From: Prasinococcaceae sp. CCMP 1430
Taxonomy: Eukaryota > Plantae > Prasinodermophyta
Assembly (NCBI GenBank): GCA_013416795.1
Contig: RQSC01000031.1
Coordinates: 296,696 to 342,638 of the forward strand
Direction: 5' to 3'
DNA length: 45,943 nt
Each line of letters opens with the position of its first letter. Within the stretch, counting starts at the first letter, position 1. The translations under genes were made by a program, and so were the position numbers. The notes under the pieces were generated by a model. The model saw nothing but the letters and a program-made list of their open reading frames with translations. It was not told the origin of the DNA and did not search any database. Of the stretch, positions 31,090-41,134 are shown one piece after another.

Positions 31090-33213
31090 GCGCGCGGCGC
31101 AGCCGGGCGAGGCGGGCGAGGCGCGACGCAAGGGGCGCTCGCTGCGCGAGCTGGCGGCGTCGGGGGGCGACATCCCGCGGGATCTCACGCTGCGCGGCGC
31201 CCTGCGAGAGGCGACCGGCGTGCGCGACGTACGCGCTTCGCCACAGACGGTCTCCGGAGGCCACTACGTATCGCTCGGGCCCGAGACGACGCGCGCCGCG
31301 AGCACCGTCGCGGTGAGCGCGGCGTTCGCCAGGGAGCTCGGGCTCAAGCAGGTGCGAGGCGCGGGGTCGCGCGGGGCGGGATGAGAGTGCCGCGACTCGC
31401 GCGACGCACGCGCGCTGGCACGCTCTCGGCGCTAACGTCCTCGACCATTGGCGCGCCCGCTCGCCCCGCGCGCGCGCCCCCCGCACAGGACGAGGCCGAC
31501 AGCGACACGTTCGCGCGCGTCTTCAGCGGCAACGCGCAGCTGCGCGGCCTCGACGCGCCGTGGGCGAGCGTGTACGGATGCCACGTGTACGGCACCTGGT
31601 GCGGTCAGCTGGGCGACGGGCGCGCGGTGTCGCTCGGGGAGGTCACCGTTGGCACCGACGAGGAGCGCGACGGCGGCGGCGGCGGCGGCGTGTACGAGCT
31701 GCAGCTCAAGGGCAGCGGGCGCACGCCGTTCTCGCGCAGTTTCGACGGGCGCGCGGTGGTGCGCTCCTGCGTGCGCGAGTTCCTGGCGAGCGAGGCCATG
31801 GCCGCGCTGCGCGTGCCCACCACGCGTGCGCTGTGCGTCGTCGAGACGGGCGAGGTGGCGCGTCGCGCGTGGTACGCGTCCGAGCCGTCCCCCATCAACG
31901 CCGGGGCGAAGGCCGCGGAGGCAGCGGGCGGCCCCCTGGGCGCGCTCAAGCGCCGCGCCCAGCGAGCGGGGGGTGGCGGCTCCGATGGCGGGGCCGACGC
32001 CAGCGGCGCGTGGCGCCCGGCCGCGCCCCGCAAGTACCGGCCCGACACGCTGGTGGAGGAGCGATGCGCGGTGATGTGCCGCGCGTCGCGTTCCTTCGTG
32101 CGCTTCGGGCAGCTGGAGCTCTTCGCGCTGCGCGAGGCGGCGCAGGGCTCGACGCGCGAGCTGCGCGAGCTCGCCCGCTTCGCTGCGCGCCGCGAGTTCT
32201 CCGCCGAGGTGGACGTTGACGCCGACGGATGGGTGGGCGAGCTCGCGGATGCGGCCGCCCGCGCGCAGGCGCGGCTGATCACCGAGTGGTTGCGCGTAGG
32301 CTACGTGCAGGGCAACATGAACAGCGACAACGCGCTGGTGGGCGGTCGCACGCTCGACTACGGGCCGTTCGCCTTCATGGAGGCGTACGACCCCGAGTTC
32401 CAGCCCTTCACGAGCGACCCCGAGGGCAAGTTCGCCTACGCGCGCCAGCCCCAGGCGGCCTTCGTGAACGTGCAGACGCTGGCGGCCGCGCTGGCGGTGC
32501 TCGAGGCGGAGGACCACGGCCCGCAGGCCGCGGAGGCGCTGCAGGCGAGCGCCCGCGAGGCGTACGCGGTCGAGTTCGAGGCGCAGTGGCTCGAGGTCCG
32601 CCGGCGCAAGCTCGGGCTGTCGCCGGGCCACCACGGCGTGGACGACCTGTACGGCCGCCTGTCGACGCTCATGCAGCGCTCGCGCGCGGACTTCACGATG
32701 GCCTTTCGCCTGCTGGCGGTCGCGGCCGACGGTTTCAGCGACGAGGACGCCGACGCGGGGCTGCGCGCGCTGGCGCCGGCCTTCGGCGTCGGGGCGGCCG
32801 GCGCGAGCGGCGCGACCGAGATCGGCGGCGAGGGCGACGAAGGCGGCGGCAGCGACGGGCGGGCGGGAGGCGACGGCGACGCCGGGCGGGGCGGCCTCCC
32901 GTGCGGCGAACTGCTGCGCTCGTGGCGCACGTGGATGCTCGACTACCAGCGCGCCGTCGCTCGCGACGCGCATCCGAGCCGCGAGGAGGAGATGCGGCTG
33001 GCCAACCCCAAGTACATCCTGCGCAACTGGATGGCGACGCAGGCGTACGACCGGGCCGCGGCGGGCGACTACTCGCTGGTCGACGAGCTTTCGGCGCTGC
33101 TGGAGCGCCCGTACGACGACGGCACCTCGGAGCAGGAGGCGCGCTACTTCCGCCCGACGCCCGACTGGGCGTACGGGAGGGCCGGCGTGGCCTTCCTTTC
33201 CTGATCGAGCTAA
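31090..33213 (+). CDS. SELENOO: Selenoprotein O (SelO/YdiU protein adenylyltransferase) with Sec at UGA 33202-33204; join(<31090..31351,31489..33213)
   Basis: QLGDGRA, ELQLKGSGRTPFSR, DGRAVVRS.VREFLASEAM, NMNSDN, LDYGPF, NPKYILRNW; phase-0 intron 31352-31488; C-terminus GVAFLS-TGA-SS-TAA. Confidence 0.88.
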
Positions 33214-33339
33214 GCCGCGGGTCGCGACCTCGGTGGGGTGGTGGACCCCCATCGAGGGCGTGATCCGCGCGAGGCGCGACGGGAGGCGAGGCGAGGCGAG
33301 GCGCGCGCGCCTCGCTCTCAGCCGTCTCTTGAGGAAAGG

Positions 33340-33429
33340 GGCTGGCCCACATGACGCCCGCGGGGGCAATGCACACGGCTCCACCCATGCCGCATCCCCG
33401 CGAGGCCGAGGACTCCCACCGAGCCAGCC
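33340..33429 (+). promoter_or_regulatory. Candidate SECIS element in SelO 3' UTR
   Basis: ATGAC (33351-55) and CGAG (33407-10) form the non-Watson-Crick core. Helix II is GCCCGCGGGG/CCCCGCG(A)GGC, with apical AA plus an ATGC/GCAT mini-stem; helix I is GGCTGGC/GCCAGCC. Folded by eye. Confidence 0.7.
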
Positions 33430-34564
33430 GCGCAGCCGCGCCCGGCGCACTCTCCCGCGCCGTGCCGGCCGCGCGCGCCCCCTTCGCCTCTTGCCGACAG
33501 CCGCTGCGCACCTGTTTTGGTGTGATAATGGATTGCAAGCACGCGGCGCATCGAGCACAGTAAGTACAGACAGCATCATACGCACCTCCACACTGCGTCT
33601 AGTAGGGCGCTGCTCGGACCGCGCGCCGCATGCGGTCCCCGCGCCGCCGCCGCCGCAACGCGGCAGCCGCCCGCACCACGGCGCGCCGCGGGTCGCTCAC
33701 GAGGCGCCGCCCTGCCAGCGCCGCGCGGCGCCCCAGCGCCCGCACCGCTCACACCGCGCCCACCACGCCCGTCCACAGTGCGCAGTCAACGACGCCCCCA
33801 CCACCGATTCTGATGTGTGTCGCCAACGGCCCAGTATTTGTTTGACGGTCTGACATTGGCATCAGCTCCTATCGCACCACCGCTCGCATACTGCATTCGA
33901 AATGTGCGCCCGACCACATCGGGGCAGCCGGCACGAGCTCCAACGCCTCCACGGCGCGCGCTCGCGTCGGCGCGAGAGGACTCCGAGGGGCACGCGTCGT
34001 CGCGTCGGGCCGAGTGTCAGCGCCAGTCATAGCCGATAGTCAGACCTTCGGCCGCCCGAAGTGCGCTCACTCCCGGGCTTGCTGAGGGCGCGAGCTACTC
34101 TAGCTAGGAGCTCTACCCACACCCACACACCTCCCCGACCAGGTGCCACCGCGCGGGAGGACCTAAGGTTGAAGAGGGCTGCCGAGTCGCTGCTCCCGCG
34201 CAGGCGTGCGCGCTCGTGCGTGCGTGTGCACATCTTCACGCCCCCTCGTTCACTGCCAACGATCGCATTCTCGTGCGTCCGTTGGCGCGCGCGTGGGCGA
34301 AAGGCATCTTCGCTGGGCAATGCCGTGCGCTCGAGCGAGGGGTGTTCGCGACGGCGGGGCGGGGGGAAGGGGCGGGGAGGGCGCCCTCGTGATGATGATG
34401 ACCACGGCCGGTTCCGGTTCCGTTGGTGGGTGTGTTTGCGGGGCGGCGGGTGAGTCGACGGCGCCGTCGCGCTCGCGCCTCCTTTTTTTGTGCGGAGCGC
34501 GCGCGCGCGCGCCACGCGCCGCGCGCCGGGGGGCGGCAAGGGCGAGGGCGCGCAGGGAGGCGCC

Positions 34565-35089
34565 ATGGCGGCGGCGGGGCTCGCGCCGGGCGCCCTCGTG
34601 TGGGCCAAGTTCGGCGGCTACCCGTGGTGGCCCGCCGCGCGCGCCGACGAGTCCTCGCCCGACGTGGCCGCCGATAAGCCGGGGGGCGCGGACGCCGATG
34701 CGCTGCTCGTGCGCTTCTTCGGCACGCTCGAGTACGCGTGGATGGCGGGCGCGAGCGTGCAGCCGTTCGCGCACAACCGCGAGGCGCGCGCGCGCGCGCA
34801 GAAACCCGCCTCGCTGCGGCGCGCCGTCGCGCAGGCGCTAGCGTACGAGGCGAGCGGCGCCACGCCGCCCGGTTGGGCCGTGCAGTACGTGCCGCTTGCG
34901 AACAAGGCGGCCGCCGAGGCCGGCAAGGCCAAGGGCGGCGCCGCGGCTGGCAAGGCCAAGGGCAAGGGCAAGGACGCGGCGGCGGAGCGTCGGCTGCGCG
35001 TGGCGCGCACGCTCGGCCTCGCGCCGCCCGAGGGCTCGCCGTGGGCAAGGGTCAGGGGGGCGGCCGCCGCGCCTGGTAGCAGCGAGTGA
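34565..35089 (+). CDS. Small PWWP-domain protein (174 aa)
   Basis: LVWAKFGGYPWWPA...LVRFFGTLEYAW...LRRAVAQAL. Confidence 0.8.
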   Translation: MAAAGLAPGALVWAKFGGYPWWPAARADESSPDVAADKPGGADADALLVRFFGTLEYAWMAGASVQPFAHNREARARAQKPASLRRAVAQALAYEASGATPPGWAVQYVPLANKAAAEAGKAKGGAAAGKAKGKGKDAAAERRLRVARTLGLAPPEGSPWARVRGAAAAPGSSE

Positions 35090-35359
35090 GGCACGCCGCA
35101 TCGCGCCATACATGAACGACTGCTGCTTTCAGTGCCGTGGGGAGAGGGGGGAGGAGGGGGGGGTGAGACGGCCCCGCGCGGCCGTGCGCGAGTCACACGC
35201 GCCCGGTCGCTCTCGAGCGCCAGCCTGCGGGCCATTTGGCGCGGCTAAGTGTGGGGGGAGGGGGGCAGCGGGGCAGCAGACGGTCATGCACCGGTCTCTC
35301 CCGGCGGGATCGGGGTGCGCGCGCGGGTGCGAGCGCAGCATTCGACTTTTTAGGGTATT

Positions 35360-38300
35360 GTGTGCAGGGTTAATATGCCAGCTCAGCAGCTCAGCAGCGC
35401 TGCAGGGGGACTCCCTCGGTGGGAGGGGGGCACCACACGGGCCCCGCCTCCCCCTCCTCCCTCCCCCCCCTCTCTCTCGCGCGCGCGGCATGCGACCGTC
35501 CTGCGCCGCCGCCCGGGTGGCGTTGGCGGCGCTGGCGGCGCTGGCCCCGCCGACGGGCTGGCGCTGTGCGAGGAGCCCCAGAAGTGCGTCTGGCCGGCGT
35601 GGGTGCCGCTCGTGTTGCCGTCCGGCGAGTTCAGCGGCTTCAAGGAGCTCGAGGGCTGGGACCACTGCCTAGAGTGGTGCGCGACCAACCAGACGGCCAC
35701 GCCCGAGGAGTGCTGCGCCAACTGCGCGGAGGACGCCGCGTGCGACCCGCCACCCGAGGTTGGCGGAGGGGCGAGCGGCAGCGGCGGCGCCGGAGGCGGG
35801 CTCGCGCTGGCCAACCCCTTGGGCGGCGCGGCCGAGGAGGTGCCTCCGGCTGACTGCCCCGAAGGGTACGCCAAGGGCTGCGACGGCTGGTGCATCGCGC
35901 TGGCGAAGCTCGGCGACGGCGTGTGCGACATCGAGGAGAAGGCCGACCTCAGCTGCATATCCTACAACTACGACGAAGGTGACTGCGTGCCGCCGGTGGG
36001 CCCGGACGCGTGGGGCGTGTGGGACGGCGGCGCGTTCGGCCAGGGATGGGAGCTGGTCACCAACAACGACTCGAGCGACCCGACCTCCCCGGCGGCGGAG
36101 CTGTCGTACCCAGCGGTGGGTCCGCAGAGGGTACGCGGTGACGTCATCTGGGTGCAAAACCTCGAGCCCGGCGCGCAGATTACCTTCTTCCGTACCGACG
36201 AGGTGTTAATGGCCGGGAACTTTAGCATCGTCCTGGACGCCTACCTCGCCGCGCCGCTGGCCGCGGCGGGCCAGGGCGAGGGCGGCGTGGGGGGCAGCGC
36301 CTGCGCGCGCACCATCAGCGCGTTCGTGGCTGTGCCGGGCGACGCCAACGAGCCGGCAACGAGGCACGCTCTCCCGCTTGCAGATTACGCGGTGGCGGAG
36401 AGCTCGAAGGCAGGCGAGCAGGAGCCAGCCGTTGGCGCCGGTGCCGGACTGCGCGAGAACGAGTGGGTGCGCGTGCGTCTTCCCGTGGAGGCCTTCAACT
36501 CGAGCGGGATGTACGCCGGTCCGAACACCGTCTTCGACCGCTTCGGCATCTCCAACGAACCTGTCGAGGGCGCAGGGAACTGCGAGCTGTATCTGGACGC
36601 GCTGGTGCTCGAGCCCCAGCCCGGCATGGTGGAGCCTCAGGGCGCGGGGGAGGCGGCCCAACAAGGCCAACCCTCCCCGCCTCCTGCCAACCCCGACGGC
36701 GCCGGCTCGGAGCCTGCATCGGAAGACGACGGGGCGCTCGTGCCGCCCTCCCCGCCGACGGGCGCGGATGGCGAGGACGTCGCGAGCCCGCCCGACGCCG
36801 CCGTGGCTGCGGCGGCGTCGCCATCGGACGAGGACTGTGCGACGGTGCCCGACGAGTGGCCCTTCTGTCGGGAGCTCGTCGCCGTCCACTCGTGCACCGA
36901 CCTCAACAACAACTTGACGGTGCTGATTGCGCTGCACTGCAAGACGAGCTGCAAAGTGTGTTCCTCAACACCGCCCGGCGGCGCGCCCCCCGGCGATGGC
37001 AGCGGCTACTTCCCGCCTGACGGAGGCAACGCCAACAGCGGCAGCGGCGAGGGCGGCACGAGCTCGAGCTCCACCCTCGTGCTCGGCATCGGCATCGGCC
37101 TGATCTCGCTCAGCGCATTCTTGCTCTTGATCACCGCCGTCGGTGTCTACCGCTTGCGTCGCCGCCTTCGCCGCGACGCCCTGCCAGGCCGCGCTCGGCT
37201 GGAGCGCGCGCCGTCGGACGCGTCGACGGCGAGCCAGGCGATGAACTTGTACGCGATTGATCCCGCCGGGGTGCCGGGGGCGTCGCCGCCGCCCAGCGTC
37301 GATCCCCATCATGGAAAGACCGCCCATCGTGCACTTGCCGAGGCGCAGGGCGGGAGCGACGGCATCCGCGCCTTCGTCAACCCAGCGCATGCGCTGCGGT
37401 CCCCCGTTCCCCCCCAGCCGGCGAGCGCGGGCGCGGAGGGCGCTGCGACCGCCAGGGGGCAGGACAATTCGGCGCTCGCGAGCTGCCAGTGGATCATCCC
37501 CTTCGACGAACTGCGCTTCATCGATCGCGTCGGCATAGGCGTGCAAGGCGAGGTCTTCCACGCGGTGTGGAACGGCCACACCAACGTCGCTGTGAAGCGG
37601 CTGTTCTCGACGCCACCGCCGGCGCCGCAGGGAGACGGCGCCGCGAGCGGGCAGCAGCGGCAGCATGGCGCGCTTGCGACGCCGGCCGCGTCTTCTCCGT
37701 CGAGGGGCGGTGTCGTCGCAGAGAACGACCCATGGGCGCGGCTGAAGAACGAAGTCGACCTCCTGGTCAGCCTTCGCCACCCGAACATCGTGCTCTTCAT
37801 GGGGGCGTGCGAGGTGGCGCCAAACCTTTGTTTGGTGATGGAATTCTGCCCCCGCGGCTCGCTCGACCAGCTGCTCGCGCAGGGCGGCAGGCTGGGCAAC
37901 GGCAAGCTGCTCGACAGGCGGAGGAGGACGCGCCTGGCGCTCCAGGCGGCGCGTGGGGTGGCCTATCTGCACTCGCACAACATCATCCACCGAGACTTGA
38001 AGCCCGGCAACCTCCTGGTCACGTCCAACTACGACGTCAAGGTCGCCGACTTCGGGCTGTCTCGCTTCACGCCGGAGAGCGTGGTGTCGCGCGCATCGCA
38101 GGTGGGCACCGTCGGATACATGGCGCCAGAAATCCTCAAGTCCGAACGCTACTCGACGAAGTGCGACGTGTGGAGCTTCGGCGTGGTGCTGTACGAGATC
38201 CTGACTGGTCACTCACCGTACGCGCACCACGAGAATCCGGTCCAGTGCATCCTCGCCGTGGCGTGCCACGACGAGCGCCCGCGCCTCCCGGAGGCCATGC

Positions 38301-38755
38301 GCGAGGACGAGGCGGGCATGCGACTCGGCAGGCTGTGCGACGCGTGCATGCAGCCGGAGCCCAGCATGCGCCCGTCGTTCCTCGTGATCGTCGAGGAGCT
38401 CCAGGCGGTCATGTCTTTGCTCCAGCCGCCGCTGAGCGCCCGTCAAAATAGCGCGAGGGGGCTCGCGACGGGCGCGTCGAACGCCTCCATGCAGTGGCAC
38501 GAACATCAGGAGAGCGCCTTCACCCCGCGCGGCATGCCAACGCCCTCGCCCGAGCCGGCCACGCTCGCGGAGCAAGAGGCGCGACGAGCGCCGCCGCAGG
38601 AACCACAAGCCCCCCTGGAGCTCCGTTATGGCGAAGCGCCGGAACAGGCGCGCGCCTCGCCGATGGGGGGCGCTATCACACATGAAAACCCGGTGCACTC
38701 GCCGTTGCAACGATCGCGCAACGAGCATGCCGGGGGAAGTGTGAGTGTGGAGTAG
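35360..38755 (+). CDS. Single-pass receptor-like kinase: Cys-rich + LNR-like + CBM-like + ShKT-like ectodomain, TM helix, Raf/TKL kinase; likely true start ATG 35490 via a 1-nt frameshift
   Basis: TM LVLGIGIGLISLSAFLLLITAVGVY followed by RLRRRLRR. Kinase motifs IGIGVQGEV, VAVK, RHPNIVLFMGAC, HRDLKPGN, DFGLSR, GTVGYMAPE, DVWSFGV. Confidence 0.85.
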   Translation: MCRVNMPAQQLSSAAGGLPRWEGGTTRAPPPPPPSPPSLSRARHATVLRRRPGGVGGAGGAGPADGLALCEEPQKCVWPAWVPLVLPSGEFSGFKELEGWDHCLEWCATNQTATPEECCANCAEDAACDPPPEVGGGASGSGGAGGGLALANPLGGAAEEVPPADCPEGYAKGCDGWCIALAKLGDGVCDIEEKADLSCISYNYDEGDCVPPVGPDAWGVWDGGAFGQGWELVTNNDSSDPTSPAAELSYPAVGPQRVRGDVIWVQNLEPGAQITFFRTDEVLMAGNFSIVLDAYLAAPLAAAGQGEGGVGGSACARTISAFVAVPGDANEPATRHALPLADYAVAESSKAGEQEPAVGAGAGLRENEWVRVRLPVEAFNSSGMYAGPNTVFDRFGISNEPVEGAGNCELYLDALVLEPQPGMVEPQGAGEAAQQGQPSPPPANPDGAGSEPASEDDGALVPPSPPTGADGEDVASPPDAAVAAAASPSDEDCATVPDEWPFCRELVAVHSCTDLNNNLTVLIALHCKTSCKVCSSTPPGGAPPGDGSGYFPPDGGNANSGSGEGGTSSSSTLVLGIGIGLISLSAFLLLITAVGVYRLRRRLRRDALPGRARLERAPSDASTASQAMNLYAIDPAGVPGASPPPSVDPHHGKTAHRALAEAQGGSDGIRAFVNPAHALRSPVPPQPASAGAEGAATARGQDNSALASCQWIIPFDELRFIDRVGIGVQGEVFHAVWNGHTNVAVKRLFSTPPPAPQGDGAASGQQRQHGALATPAASSPSRGGVVAENDPWARLKNEVDLLVSLRHPNIVLFMGACEVAPNLCLVMEFCPRGSLDQLLAQGGRLGNGKLLDRRRRTRLALQAARGVAYLHSHNIIHRDLKPGNLLVTSNYDVKVADFGLSRFTPESVVSRASQVGTVGYMAPEILKSERYSTKCDVWSFGVVLYEILTGHSPYAHHENPVQCILAVACHDERPRLPEAMREDEAGMRLGRLCDACMQPEPSMRPSFLVIVEELQAVMSLLQPPLSARQNSARGLATGASNASMQWHEHQESAFTPRGMPTPSPEPATLAEQEARRAPPQEPQAPLELRYGEAPEQARASPMGGAITHENPVHSPLQRSRNEHAGGSVSVE

Positions 38756-39408
38756 ATGGAAGGCAGACGCACAGGTAAACGAGAGACGGGAGTGCATGCG
38801 CCTTGCGGCACACGCATGCGCACCGTAAATTAATCATCGCGGCACACAGCAAAACTCGTCCGTTTGTAGCCTAGGCATGGCGACACTCGGAGCTGAGCGC
38901 GCGCATGCCGCCACGCCCGCGAAGGGCGTTTCGTCTATGACGGCCAGGACGGCGCCACTGCGCGTGCAGACAATTTCTTGTTCGCCGTGAAAAAATTGAA
39001 TGGCCAGATGCTCACGAGTTCTCGTTGTAGCAGTTTTGCTCGCTAGACTGCATGGTGGCGCTTGCTTGTCAGACCGTGCGCATGCAGCGGCGGTGGTGCC
39101 TGCCGCACGCTCACCAGCGGGCGGGAAGGACGCGGCGAGGGAGGGGAGCGCGTCCAACGCGCAGCTCGGGCGCGCGCTCCTTTTCTTTGCTCGCTGCCGC
39201 AGCGCGTGGCGGTGTCGCTGCAGCACCGGTGTCGGGCGCTCGCTGGCGCGCGCGCGGCTGTTGAGCGGCGCAGGCCGTGCCAGGCCCCTACCATCCTCTC
39301 TATCCCCATCCCTGCTGGGTGCGGGTGGGCGAAGCTGCCCCCGTGCGCATCGCAGCGCGAGCGCAGCGCGGTGTGGCGCGACTCGGAGTCTGCGATTGGG
39401 GCGTGCCT

Positions 39409-40975
39409 ATGGCGGCGGTGATGCCGATGCGCAGCCGCAGGTGGTCAAGGCGGGAAAAAAGGTTGGCGGCTTTGGCCATCGTGCTCGCGGCAATTGCCGC
39501 CACGACATGTGCGTGTGCCGAATCGCGCTGTCGGCAACAGTCGCTCATGTGCATCGACTCGGACGCGTCGCTGTGTTCAATTGTGCGCGTCGCTGTTCCG
39601 CCGGACTGACTGACTCGCGTGACCGCACCCACGCCGCCACACCCCCATGCACGCAGGCGCCGTTGTATACACCGTCGGATACACGCGTGCGCGCCTTGCG
39701 AGCGCGGCTGCGCTGCGCTCCGCCCGCACGTCGGCGGCGGCCACCGCTGCCGAGGCGCGGGCAGCCTACGGGGCGGCCGCCAGCGCGGCCTTAGCCGCGT
39801 ATGAGAGCGTCGCGAGCGCCGAGTACGTGAAAAGCAGGGTGGCGCTTGCGGGAGCAGGGGCAGCCGATGCCAGTCAAGGAGCGTCACCGCAGAAGCTCGC
39901 CGCTGTGTTCCAGAACACGACGCTCTTCCCCCCTGCGCGACGCGCGGCAGTGGCACCGCCGCGTGGGAAGCTCGCCCGCGGGCCTGGAGGGCGAGAGGAA
40001 GCTTGGGGAAGCGCTGGCGACGTCGGGGAGGCGAACAAAGTGTGGATCGATTGGCATGGCACGGTGCCCGTCGAGCGCGACCCCGCGCGCGCGGCGCGCG
40101 AAAGGTACCTCCCGCGCGTCGCCGCGCTGCCCCCACGCGCCGACGGGCGGCCGCGTACGATGGGCCCCGGGTTGAGCACGGACGACGCGAAGTGCCCACT
40201 GAGGCAGAACAAGCCCAATATGCGCACGTGGGTCGCCAAGCTAGATTATCTACCGGAACTGGGCGTCGCCTTCCTGCACGTGCCCAAGTGCGGAAGCAGC
40301 TCCCTGCGTCGGCTGCTCAGCCACACCTTCGGGGGGTATGTCATGATCAATGTCCACAAGTTGCCGCGTGACGTCTTCACCGTGGCCATCTTGAGAGACC
40401 CCGTCGAACGCTTCCTCAGTGGCTACGAGGAAGGCGTTTTCAGGGCGCTCCGCTACGGCAACACCTCACACAGCTTCAAGGAGGTCCAGAAGAGCGCGCC
40501 ATTCATCGCCGAGCGCGTCGGCCCATACAAGCACTCGGGCGCGTTCTGGGACGACGCGGAAGTCGCCGAAGACACTTTCAACGAATACATCCGCGACAAG
40601 TACGACCCTCTCGTGCCTATGGATATCCACGGCACGCTCATGAGCTACCTGGTGGCGGCTGAGGCAGACAAGGTAGACTTCGTAGGCTACGTCAACACCA
40701 TCGACGACGACTGGACGACCATCCTGAAAATTCTGGGCATCGAGAACATGCACGGAGACGACAACGTCGCCCCGCTCGGGAGCGGCACGCCCACCGAGGA
40801 GAGCGGGCTGCGACCAGCCGCCTGTGCCGACCCGACCGGCGCAAAATGCGTCACGTACAAACGCGACAAGCCGCACCTCGCTGCGGCCAACCTAACCGGC
40901 ACTCAGCGCGCGCGGGTGTGCGAGCTCGTCAGGCAGGACCTCGAGTGCCTGGAGCTCCGCAGCGAGTGGTGCTGA
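39409..40975 (+). CDS. Type II membrane carbohydrate sulfotransferase (Sulfotransfer_2-like); join(39409..39508,39657..40975)
   Basis: 5'-PSB FLHVPKCGSSSLR and 3'-PB ILRDPVERFLSGY. A phase-1 GTGCGT..CTGAC..CAG intron joins the signal-anchor RREKRLAALAIVLAAIAATTCAVVYTVGY. Confidence 0.78.
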
Positions 40976-41134
40976 CGGATACCGCTGGCCCGCGCACAGC
41001 CGCGGGCGGAGCGCTCCCAGCCGCCCTTCTTCCGTAGGCTACCATCTCCAACCCGCCTCGGCATCCGCGGTCTGGTTAACTAGACCCTTGCCACGTCATT
41101 ACTACGTACTGTACACTGCACTAGTCTAGTGGGA

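Noticed and set aside
33430-34560. Short ORFs or structured RNA in the SelO-PWWP interval (also 30115-31088 and 38756-39400)
   Set aside because: Only low-complexity Arg/Ala/Pro ORFs; no tRNA, rRNA or snRNA signature recognised.
11735-35089. A chromatin/silencing gene cluster linking the RdRP fusion with the PWWP gene
   Set aside because: They are 16 kb apart and separated by unrelated housekeeping genes; no evidence of co-regulation.
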